Shown here one piece after another: positions 18,377 to 26,729 of a stretch of 32,938 bases of DNA (the stretch's first letter is position 1; each line of letters begins with the position of its first letter). The notes below the pieces were generated by a model. That model had not been told where the DNA came from. It did no database searches and saw only the letters and a program-made list of their open reading frames with translations. The position numbers and the translations under genes are program-made. The DNA is taken from the sequence record SRR22947727_550; one strand, written 5' to 3'.

Positions 18377-18985
18377 CTAAAAGTTATCTATTTTTCTATA
18401 CCATCTTGGTGGGTTGTTAAGAAAATCTTTGTAGTCACTCTCATCATCAATTTCAAAATAAAATTCTTTATGGAATACTTTTTCAAACTTATATGAATTA
18501 TTTTCTAAAATACTTAAATGTTTGGTATAGCTATTTTCTCCGTATGAGAATTTGCTGAACTTAACACTCCCACCAAAAATAGGAGTTCCGTTGTCTTTAC
18601 TTTCTGCAATTACAATATCTTTTTCAACACATAGTTTTTTCCAGACACTTGCAAAGTGTTTTGTAACATATGGTAAATCACCATGAACTACTGTCCAATA
18701 TTTAAATTTACTCATGTGTTTTAAAAAGTATTGTATTTCCTGATTGAGCCCGTCTTTATTACTTCTAAAAAATTTTAAATTATTATTATTACAAAATATT
18801 TCTACATCAGGACTGTTGCTGATGATATATATCTCTGTTTCAATTGAAGCAAATGAATTTTGAAGATTGATAATCAAATTTTTTGACAGTTGTATTCTTT
18901 CCTCACCTGATAGAACTGTTGATAATCTAGACATAGGATTAATTAAATCTCTTATAGGAATTCCAATTAAAAAACTTTTATTCAT
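18377..18985 (-). CDS. cofC: CofC/FbiD family guanylyltransferase (coenzyme F420 biosynthesis), divergent
   Basis: IPIR....MSRLSTVLSGEER, GLNQ, HGDLP, DNGT, FSYGENSY.KH, FEIDDESDY pattern; position near gltX-tRNAs as in other actinobacteria. Confidence 0.8.
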   Translation of the reverse strand: MNKSFLIGIPIRDLINPMSRLSTVLSGEERIQLSKNLIINLQNSFASIETEIYIISNSPDVEIFCNNNNLKFFRSNKDGLNQEIQYFLKHMSKFKYWTVVHGDLPYVTKHFASVWKKLCVEKDIVIAESKDNGTPIFGGSVKFSKFSYGENSYTKHLSILENNSYKFEKVFHKEFYFEIDDESDYKDFLNNPPRWYRKIDNF

Positions 18986-19028
18986 AATCTTTTTTTTGCT
19001 TTACCATGCTATTAGGTTAGTAAATGAA

Positions 19029-20423
19029 ATGAATAGAAAAACAAAAATAATTGCAACAGTTGGACCAAGTGTTCATACAAAAGAAAAAATTCATGAGTTA
19101 ATTGAATCCGGTGTAAATGTACTTAGGCTTAATTTTTCACATGGCTCATACGAAGATCATAAACAAGTAGTTTCTTGGGCAAGAGAATATTCTAAGCCAA
19201 TTGCGATTATGCAAGATATCCAGGGTCCTAAAATTAGAACAGGTAAGGCAGATTCGGGAACTCTTTACGATGCTGGCCAAACAATAGATATCACAAACTC
19301 TGATTCAAATTCAAATGCTACTGGAATGTGCATAAATTATGAAAATTTATTGAAAGATATAAAAACAGGAGAAAGAATATTTATCGACGATGGTCAAATC
19401 ATTCTTAGAGTAACTGAATCAGATGTAAGCAATATGAAAGCTTTAGTCGAGGTTGGAGGGGAACTTAGAGACAACCAAGGAGTAGCTTTTCCTGATTCAC
19501 AACTTTCAGTATCAGCAATAACCTTAAAAGACAAAGAAGATCTAATTTTTGGTGAAGAAATTGGTGTTGATATCGTGGCTGTTTCATTTGTCAGGAAAGC
19601 ATCTGACATAAGAGAAGTAAGAAAACTTGTTAACAAAGAAATAAAAATCATAGCCAAGATTGAGCTAAAAGAAGCTATGAAAAATTTAGATTCAATTATA
19701 GATGAAGCTGACGGAGTTATGGTTGCTAGAGGGGATTTAGGAGTCCAACTCCCACTTGAGCAGGTGCCTTTTGCCCAAAAAAAGATTCTTGATACTGCAA
19801 ATTACAAAGGAAAAATTTCAATCACAGCTACTGAAATGTTGCAATCTATGAAAAGTTCATTCCGACCAACAAGAGCAGAGGTCACAGATATTACAAATGC
19901 AATCCTTGATGGTACCGATGCGGTTATGCTTTCAGCAGAAACCTCTATTGGCGAACATCCAAATATAGTCGTTAAAGTTATGTCATCAATCTGTGAGGAA
20001 GCTGATTCTAACAATCATTACTCATCAATGAGATTTAAAACTCTATCAGCAGTAGATACTTTTGCTACCTCATTAGCAAAAGCCGCTGTACAAGTTGCAA
20101 ATGACATTGAAGCTAAAGCAATAGTCGCATACACAGAGACTGGAAGGACACCTCTATTAATTTCAAATTATAGACCCAGTGCTCCAATTATCACATTTAG
20201 TGCAAAAGATCTCACTTTAAGACAAATGAATATCTTGTGGGGTGTTGAGCAGACAAAAATAGAAAGATTCGACTCAACCGAAGAAATGTTTCAAATTGCA
20301 GATTCTTGGTTGCAAACCAATAAAAACTTCAAAAAAAATGATAAAGTTGTTATTGTTGCAGGTACACCTCCTAATCAAGAGGCAGCAACTAATTTATTAA
20401 GAGTTATGAAAATAGGAGAATAA
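19029..20423 (+). CDS. pyk: Pyruvate kinase (start at ATG 19029, MNRKTKIIATVGP)
   Basis: RKTKIIATVGP, RLNFSHG, DIQGPKIR, IIAKIE, VMVARGDLG, PTRAEVTD, DGTDAVMLSAET. The ORF-track extension to 18867 overlaps cofC. Confidence 0.96.
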   Translation: MNRKTKIIATVGPSVHTKEKIHELIESGVNVLRLNFSHGSYEDHKQVVSWAREYSKPIAIMQDIQGPKIRTGKADSGTLYDAGQTIDITNSDSNSNATGMCINYENLLKDIKTGERIFIDDGQIILRVTESDVSNMKALVEVGGELRDNQGVAFPDSQLSVSAITLKDKEDLIFGEEIGVDIVAVSFVRKASDIREVRKLVNKEIKIIAKIELKEAMKNLDSIIDEADGVMVARGDLGVQLPLEQVPFAQKKILDTANYKGKISITATEMLQSMKSSFRPTRAEVTDITNAILDGTDAVMLSAETSIGEHPNIVVKVMSSICEEADSNNHYSSMRFKTLSAVDTFATSLAKAAVQVANDIEAKAIVAYTETGRTPLLISNYRPSAPIITFSAKDLTLRQMNILWGVEQTKIERFDSTEEMFQIADSWLQTNKNFKKNDKVVIVAGTPPNQEAATNLLRVMKIGE

Positions 20424-20722
20424 TGGGACAAAAAATTGAATTAAAAGCTACCTCCTTCCATAAAAATATAATCTTTGACTTAAACAGATCACTATCAGGA
20501 CAAGATGGAGTTACTTATCACAATATTGCTGATGCCTCTTTGCATAATGAGGTGAGCGCACAATTAGCATTAAGGTTGTTTAAATATTCCCAAGATATAG
20601 AAAGTATTTTTATTCAATCGAATGTTGTTACAGTGAACTTTGATAAAAACTTAGGAACTGGTATTGAAGATTTTTCAAAGCAAATTGAAGACTTCTTTCT
20701 ATTTTATGGAGAAGAAGAATGA
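20423..20722 (+). CDS. Small protein resembling the Nfu/NifU N-terminal scaffold domain
   Basis: 99 aa; F.LNRSL...LA.RLF....IESIFIQSNVVTV pattern recalls Nfu_N; no Cys; overlaps both pyk and the next gene. Confidence 0.55.
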   Translation: MGQKIELKATSFHKNIIFDLNRSLSGQDGVTYHNIADASLHNEVSAQLALRLFKYSQDIESIFIQSNVVTVNFDKNLGTGIEDFSKQIEDFFLFYGEEE

Positions 20723-21654
20723 AGGTTGGGGTAACCGGAGCTAGTGGGTACGTAGGCAAAAAGGTTGTCAAGGAACTAGAAGCAAATAATCATATCGTAT
20801 ACAAATTTGTAAGAAGATCAGTCAAAAATGATAACGAAATATATTGGAGTCCTTCAAAACAAGAAATTGACACAGAAAAATTTCAAGAACTTGATGCAAT
20901 AATACATCTCGCAGGTGAAAGTATCGCACCAAAAGATTTACTTGGTTTCTTACCTTTCTCTGGTGGGCGGTGGAGTAAAGAAAGAAAATCTAGAATATAT
21001 TGGTCAAGAAAATGGGCTGCTGATTTATTCGTCTCAACATACAAGTCATTAGAAAATCATCCAAAAATATTTATTACTGCATCTGGTAATGATATTTATG
21101 GAGATCAAGGTGACAAGGTTGTAACAGAAGACACAACATTTAATAAAGGGCAGTTTTTACAATTAGTTGCTGAAGAGTGTTGGGAAGAGCCTCTGTATGA
21201 ATTGAAAAATATGGGAGTACGTGTTGTATGCGCTAGAGCAGGCATAATGCTTGGTAAAGGGAATGTTGCAACTGATATCTTTACCTTGATTACAAAATTA
21301 AATATTGCAAGTCCAATTGGAAAAGGAAATCAATATTTTTCCTGGATCTCTGTAAATGACGTTGCGAGGGCGTATAATTTTTGTTTAGAAAATAGTAACT
21401 TAGAAGGTCCCGTAAATATTACGTCACCAGAACCTTTAATGCAAAAAGATTTTGCAAGAGTTATAGCTAAGGTAATGAATAAATCATATTTTTTCCCTCC
21501 TGTACCTGAAGTATTGATGAAACTTGCAGTTGGGTGGGAGTTAGGAGAAAGTCTTGGACTTAATAGCATCAGAGCCATTCCTGAGAAACTGCTTGCGGCT
21601 GGATTCACGTTTGATTACCCAACACTTGAAACATTAAAGGAAGAATTTGTATAA
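20719..21654 (+). CDS. TIGR01777 (YfcH-like) NAD-dependent epimerase/oxidoreductase
   Basis: VTGASGYVG, IHLAGESI...GRWS..RK, WE, GKGNQYFSWISVNDV, GPVN.TSPEP, PEKLLAAGFTF. Confidence 0.9.
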   Translation: MKVGVTGASGYVGKKVVKELEANNHIVYKFVRRSVKNDNEIYWSPSKQEIDTEKFQELDAIIHLAGESIAPKDLLGFLPFSGGRWSKERKSRIYWSRKWAADLFVSTYKSLENHPKIFITASGNDIYGDQGDKVVTEDTTFNKGQFLQLVAEECWEEPLYELKNMGVRVVCARAGIMLGKGNVATDIFTLITKLNIASPIGKGNQYFSWISVNDVARAYNFCLENSNLEGPVNITSPEPLMQKDFARVIAKVMNKSYFFPPVPEVLMKLAVGWELGESLGLNSIRAIPEKLLAAGFTFDYPTLETLKEEFV

Positions 21655-21995
21655 TGTCTTCCTATGAAGATCGAATGTCTAAAAAGTATGGTTTTTTTTC
21701 TGATAAGAATAAAAACTCAGATGAAGATAACGAATCAGAGGAAAATACTAGGGTTGAAAACTTAGAAAGTACTCAAAGTCAAAATGAAGATAACAATCTG
21801 ATTGTACCTCTTGAAGCATGGCAGACTGTTTTGAATCAGCTGGGCAATCTTCATGAAGCAAATCAACTAATGGCTGAAGCACGTGAACGAGCAGCCAAAT
21901 CAGAAGCTGAAGCAGAATTTTTAAGAGAAAAATTAAAAAATACTAGAGAAGAACTAGAAGCTTCAAAAAAGAGAAAAAGATACTTTTTTTTCTAA
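21654..21995 (+). CDS. Hypothetical coiled-coil protein
   Basis: 113 aa; acidic low-complexity N-half, helical AEARERAAKSEAEAEFLREKL segment, basic-aromatic tail KKRKRYFFF; start overlaps the upstream stop. Confidence 0.7.
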   Translation: MSSYEDRMSKKYGFFSDKNKNSDEDNESEENTRVENLESTQSQNEDNNLIVPLEAWQTVLNQLGNLHEANQLMAEARERAAKSEAEAEFLREKLKNTREELEASKKRKRYFFF

Positions 21996-23206
21996 ACAGT
22001 CTGTTTATCTGATACACCTTTAATTATATAAAAAGATATTGCTAGCAGAACTATTAGAACCCCCATTGCTGCATTTCTACCATAACCGAGGGTATTTACG
22101 ACTAGTCCCCACAATAATGGTCCAAGTATTGTAGCAAATCTTCCTACCGTTGAGTAAAGGCCATAAAATTCTCCTAAGTGTTGTTCAGGACTTAATCTTG
22201 TCATAAAGACTCTATCAACTGCAAAAATTCCGCCTATGTTAAATCCACCAAGCACTCCTGTGACATAGATAAGCCATAATTGATTAAATTCTGTTGCAAT
22301 TATTGCGATTGACAAAGATAACATCCAACATATTAAACTTACTAGTGTTAATTTGCGAGGTCCATACTTATCAGCTGCCTTACCAAATACATAGCCACCT
22401 ATGATAGAAATAATAATTGCTAGTCCAAGCAAATTTTGGCTATCCGTGGGGGTCAATCCAACTTCCTCTACTAGGTAGACCGCTAACAGACCACTAATTA
22501 GAGTATTTATTGCATCTGCATAAAAGAATCTTCCAATTAGGAATCTTGTTAGTCCAGGATATTTCCTTGAGTGTTTCCAAGATTGAATAACAAGTGATAT
22601 AGACTCTGTTATTTTAATTGTTGATTTTTTCTCTCCAACTTTTTTCTCTTCAATGAAAATAAACGCAGGAAGAGAAAATATTAAAAACATGATCGCTACA
22701 GATCTGAATATCTCAATATAGCTGTATCCAAAATTTTGCAATATAGTGGCAACAGCAAAACCAAGCAAGGAACCTATGTAACCGAAAGAAACTCCAAGGC
22801 CTGATATTTTCCCTCTATTTTCTGGTGAACTTACAGAAACTAATAACGCATCGTAAACAACTGAACCCAAATTAAAGCCTATTAAAGAAATTACAAATAG
22901 TAATACAGAAACACTTACATTGAATGTACCAAGTAAAAATGTAGCGGTTATACAAATTAATGTTGTTACTAAGAGAAGTGGTTTTTTTCCTTGTGATCCG
23001 TCCGACCTTGCTCCAACCCAAGGGCCTAAGATTGCAACAACAACCATTGCTCCAGAAGTAGCAAACCCTAGGGCTTGATCTGTCCACCCTTGTTCGCTAA
23101 CTAACCAAACAGAAAAATATAAACCTGGAATTACGAAAGCATATACTGTATTTGCTAAATCAAAGAAGAGCCAAGAATATAAACTCCGCTTTTTGACGTT
23201 GTTCAT
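21992..23206 (-). CDS. MFS transporter, Atg22/UMF1-like family
   Basis: SWLFFDLANTVY, VYDALL, GKISGLG...GYIGS, RFFYADAINT, GEFYGLYSTVGRF..ILGP; about 12 TM segments. Confidence 0.88.
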   Translation of the reverse strand: MNNVKKRSLYSWLFFDLANTVYAFVIPGLYFSVWLVSEQGWTDQALGFATSGAMVVVAILGPWVGARSDGSQGKKPLLLVTTLICITATFLLGTFNVSVSVLLFVISLIGFNLGSVVYDALLVSVSSPENRGKISGLGVSFGYIGSLLGFAVATILQNFGYSYIEIFRSVAIMFLIFSLPAFIFIEEKKVGEKKSTIKITESISLVIQSWKHSRKYPGLTRFLIGRFFYADAINTLISGLLAVYLVEEVGLTPTDSQNLLGLAIIISIIGGYVFGKAADKYGPRKLTLVSLICWMLSLSIAIIATEFNQLWLIYVTGVLGGFNIGGIFAVDRVFMTRLSPEQHLGEFYGLYSTVGRFATILGPLLWGLVVNTLGYGRNAAMGVLIVLLAISFYIIKGVSDKQTV

Positions 23207-24393
23207 TGGAGGTCTTTAATAGCCTTAGTGAGTCGTCCTAAACCTTCTTGAAGATTGTCATCACTTAGGGCGTAGGAACACCTTAAGAAACCATTTTTGC
23301 CAAAAACTTCACCAGGAACAAAGGCAATGTAATATTCATCTAATAGCCAATTACAAAAATCTATTGAATTATTTACATTATTAATGATTTTTCCATCACA
23401 GTAATAGCTTATATCTGGAAAGAGATAGAAAGCACCATTTGGCTTAATAGTTTTTACATTTGGAATATTAGAAAATTCTTGAAATGCAAACAATCTTCTT
23501 CTGTTGAAACTTTCTTTCATAATCTCAGTTTCAGTAAGACCATTCTTTAGGGCTGAATAAGCCGCTATTTGAGACAAATTGGATACATTCGAAGTTGCAT
23601 GAGATTGTATCTTTTTTGCCATATTAATTACTTCTGTATTAGCAATTATCCAACCCACTCTCCATCCTGTCATTGAGTAAGCTTTCGCAACTCCGTTTAT
23701 AACAATAGTATTGCGTAATTGTGCGTCATACTGAGCAGGTGAAGGAGAGGTTTTTCCTTCATATACTAGATGTTCATATAGTTCATCGGATAATATCCAA
23801 ACATCATTTTGAAATGCCCATTCATAAATTGCCTCTGCTTCATCTTTTGAGTAAACAACACCAGTAGGATTAGATGGAGAAACCCAAACTAAAATTTTTG
23901 TTTTATCAGTTTTCAGACCATCAAGTTGTTCAGTGTTTATTTTGAATTCATCCTCAAAGGAAGTATCTACAATCACCGGATTACCCCCTGAGATTTTTAC
24001 TGCTTCAGGATAAGTAGTCCAATAAGGAGATGGAATCAATACTTCATCGCCCGGATTTAATATTGACATAAATGTAGTTAGAATTGCATGCTTTCCACCA
24101 TTACTTACTAAAACATTTTCATTCTGAACATTGAAACCCGAATACAACTTACTTGTTCTCACAATCTCATCTTTGAGGATGTCTAAACCGGCTACAGGTG
24201 AGTATTTATGATTGATAGGATCTTCAGCTGCAGTTTGAACATCCTTTATCACATAGCTTGGTGTTGGAAAGTCGGGTTCACCTGCACCAAATCCTATCAC
24301 AGGCTTACCTTGCTGTTTTAGTAATCTCGCTTTATTAGAGATAGCCATTGTTCCAGATGGTGTTATTGAGTTGTTTAAATCAGAAATTTTCAT
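23203..24393 (-). CDS. aspC: PLP-dependent class I aminotransferase (aspartate aminotransferase type); probable start MKISDL at 24393, alternative 24423
   Basis: FGAGEPDFPTP, NGGKHA, PYWTTYPE, SPSNPTG, SDELYEHL, NGVAKAYSMTGWRVGW, GAFYLFP. Confidence 0.88.
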   Translation of the reverse strand: MKISDLNNSITPSGTMAISNKARLLKQQGKPVIGFGAGEPDFPTPSYVIKDVQTAAEDPINHKYSPVAGLDILKDEIVRTSKLYSGFNVQNENVLVSNGGKHAILTTFMSILNPGDEVLIPSPYWTTYPEAVKISGGNPVIVDTSFEDEFKINTEQLDGLKTDKTKILVWVSPSNPTGVVYSKDEAEAIYEWAFQNDVWILSDELYEHLVYEGKTSPSPAQYDAQLRNTIVINGVAKAYSMTGWRVGWIIANTEVINMAKKIQSHATSNVSNLSQIAAYSALKNGLTETEIMKESFNRRRLFAFQEFSNIPNVKTIKPNGAFYLFPDISYYCDGKIINNVNNSIDFCNWLLDEYYIAFVPGEVFGKNGFLRCSYALSDDNLQEGLGRLTKAIKDLQ

Positions 24394-24467
24394 AATGTTT
24401 CTTTCATGGAGTATTTTAACCATAATAAATTAAAAACTATGCTTAGGTTTTATTAAACTATACATTT

Positions 24468-25304
24468 ATGGAACAAATACTCTTTGGAAAACCTGTAGCA
24501 AACTTGCTTGATGAGAAAAGTAAAAAAAATATAGATGAGTATTTAATAAAAAATGGTGATCCACCAACTCTCACTGCCATTACAGTTGGAGACAACCCTG
24601 CATCACTTTTATACGTTTCAAGAAAAGAAGATAAAGCTAAAGAACTAGGAGTAAAATTCAATTGGGTTAAATTACCACAAGATTCTTCATCTAAAAATGT
24701 TTTAGAAGCTATTGAGAAATCTACAAAAACTTCACAAGGGATTATTGTTCAGCTACCTTTGCCCAAACATCTCGACTTTGAAGAGATTGTTAATCTAATA
24801 CCACCTTCTTTAGATGTTGACGGTTTAACAACTTACAACCTTGGTTATTTATATACTAAAAACTTTAAAATATTGCCAGCTACGTCACTCGCAGTTCTTG
24901 AACTTCTTAAATATTACAACATACCGACAGAAGATAAGAACATTGTTATAGCAGGAAGATCTAGACTAGTTACCTCTCCACTCTCAAAAATTTTAAGTAA
25001 TAAGAAATACAATGGAAACGTTACCGTTGTACATAGCAAAACTTCAAATATTGACTCTTTTATCAAGCAATCGGATATTTTTATTTCTGCAGTTGGCAAG
25101 GGTAAATTATTTTCTAAAGACTCGTTTAAAGAAGGAAGTGTTGTTATCGATATAGGGATTTCGAATAAGGATGGAAAAAATACTGGTGATATAGATCCCA
25201 ATGGATTAGAAAATTATTTATCTAGTAGATCTCCATTTCCTGGAGGAATTGGACCAATAACTGTATCGGCCTTGTATTCCAATCTGACTGAATTAATTAA
25301 ATAG
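24468..25304 (+). CDS. folD: Methylenetetrahydrofolate dehydrogenase/cyclohydrolase
   Basis: VGDNPAS..YVSRK, GIIVQLPLP, DVDG, GRS, VTVVHSKT, VIDIG, PGGIGPITV. Confidence 0.92.
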   Translation: MEQILFGKPVANLLDEKSKKNIDEYLIKNGDPPTLTAITVGDNPASLLYVSRKEDKAKELGVKFNWVKLPQDSSSKNVLEAIEKSTKTSQGIIVQLPLPKHLDFEEIVNLIPPSLDVDGLTTYNLGYLYTKNFKILPATSLAVLELLKYYNIPTEDKNIVIAGRSRLVTSPLSKILSNKKYNGNVTVVHSKTSNIDSFIKQSDIFISAVGKGKLFSKDSFKEGSVVIDIGISNKDGKNTGDIDPNGLENYLSSRSPFPGGIGPITVSALYSNLTELIK

Positions 25305-26604
25305 CAGCCCATTCCTCTTCAGATATTGTTTTATCCATATCAACTTTTCTTAAAATTAAAAAACCAATTACAAAAAAAGATGTAATGACTGGTAGGGATA
25401 ACCTGGCATTTCCAGTAGACACACTTACGTAACTATAAATTAATGGACCCCAAATAGCTGAAAATCTTGATAAAACAGAAAAGAAACCCATAAACTCACC
25501 CTCTGCACCTTTTGGTAACATGGATGCATAAACACTCCTACTAACTGATTGCAATCCGCCCATGCCCATCGCTGTAAAAACACCTAAACCGATAACTGGT
25601 AGAAATTGTTTTTCAGGAATAAATGCAGCTGCATTTCCGACTAAAAATATTAAAAACATTGTGTAATACAGTGTATTTTTTTGTCCAATTTTTTGAGCCA
25701 TAACACCTGCTAATTTTGCACCAAAATATGCAACAAACTGCACCACTATAAATACAATAATTATTTGTGTTTGGTCCAAAAGAAGTACTTCTGTAAAAAA
25801 TGCAGCAGACATATTGATTACTGTCTGAAGGCCATCCCAGTAGAAAAGATATGCAATTAAAAAATACATCAGAAAGGGAAATTGTCTAATTTTCTTTAAA
25901 GTACGAAAGTTCTTTGCGTATGCATTAGAAAAAACACTTCCTTCTATTACTATTGGTTTGCTTTCAGTTATTTTCATCCGTGAAAAGCTCATAATTGAAA
26001 ATATTAACCACCATAAACCAGCTGAAGAAATTGCAATTCTAGATGCCATTGCAGCTTCAATTCCAAGCATATCTGGACCCAATTGGATGAGAGCTAAAGA
26101 CAGAACTAGTTGTAATCCACCACCAAGATAACCCAGCGCGTAACCACGTGCAGAAACTTTATCAATTGTATCATCAGTGGTGATGTCTTTTAATACACTG
26201 TCATAAAAGACATTCGATCCAGTAGCACCAAATTGTGCAAGGAAGTAGATACCTAGTGTAAATATTACGTCACCCGAAGTTGCGAAATAAAAGGTCGATG
26301 CAAATACTGCACCACCATAAGCGAAAATTTTAAATAGCCTCATCCTATTACCAGAGAGATCTCCGATAGCTCCTATGGTCGGCATTATTAGAAAAAATAT
26401 AAAGAGTGCTGACCCAATTGCAAAACCCCAGACTTCAGCTCCAGTATAAAGATTGCCTCTAAAACTAAATCCTTCTGCGGGCACTACGACACTTACGAAA
26501 TAGACAGGAAGGATAGCACCTAGAGTAGTTGTTTCATATGCTGATTTAGCCCAATCGTACAAACTCCATCCAAATATTGTTTTTTTATTGTTTTTTTCTG
26601 TCAT
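25297..26604 (-). CDS. MFS transporter, Atg22/UMF1-like family (second, divergent paralog)
   Basis: GWSLYDWAKSAY, NVFYDSVL, VSARGYALGYLGGG, YWDGLQTVI, GGLQSVSRSVY, EFMGFF; strong SD-like AGAGGGGG upstream on the minus strand. Confidence 0.9.
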   Translation of the reverse strand: MTEKNNKKTIFGWSLYDWAKSAYETTTLGAILPVYFVSVVVPAEGFSFRGNLYTGAEVWGFAIGSALFIFFLIMPTIGAIGDLSGNRMRLFKIFAYGGAVFASTFYFATSGDVIFTLGIYFLAQFGATGSNVFYDSVLKDITTDDTIDKVSARGYALGYLGGGLQLVLSLALIQLGPDMLGIEAAMASRIAISSAGLWWLIFSIMSFSRMKITESKPIVIEGSVFSNAYAKNFRTLKKIRQFPFLMYFLIAYLFYWDGLQTVINMSAAFFTEVLLLDQTQIIIVFIVVQFVAYFGAKLAGVMAQKIGQKNTLYYTMFLIFLVGNAAAFIPEKQFLPVIGLGVFTAMGMGGLQSVSRSVYASMLPKGAEGEFMGFFSVLSRFSAIWGPLIYSYVSVSTGNARLSLPVITSFFVIGFLILRKVDMDKTISEEEWAAI

Positions 26605-26729
26605 ATTCCCCCTCTAAAAAAACTTTAATATAAGAAAATAAAACTTGTCGGAAAGAATCATAATAATTAAATATTTATGTGACTATATTCAATCTATGAT
26701 TCAAAAATATTTTAAAATAGCAGGTATTT

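Noticed and set aside
18142..18496. ORFs 18142-18342 (-) and 18254-18496 (+)
   Set aside because: They are translations of the tRNA cluster and the antisense of cofC.
18867..19028. ORF-track N-terminal extensions of pyk (also dapE 9846-9932 and the antiporter 29304-29405)
   Set aside because: They overlap neighbouring genes and precede the family-typical N-termini; downstream starts fit better.
19024..19032. Mini-ORF ATG AAA TGA overlapping the pyk start; similar MKETL* before aspC (24407-24390, minus) and MSL* before tatA (31484-31495)
   Set aside because: Any gene starting ATGA has a TGA in the overlapping frame, so such uORFs arise easily by chance. The candidate -10 boxes are only 5 nt upstream or overlap the ATG, too close for leaderless initiation. 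Ribo-seq would be needed to revive this.
26655..26702. Inverted repeat GAATCATA...TATGATTC (8 bp arms, 32 nt apart) between the MFS gene and ychF
   Set aside because: Short AT-rich arms in an AT-rich spacer, with no target-site duplication or second copy; compatible with chance.
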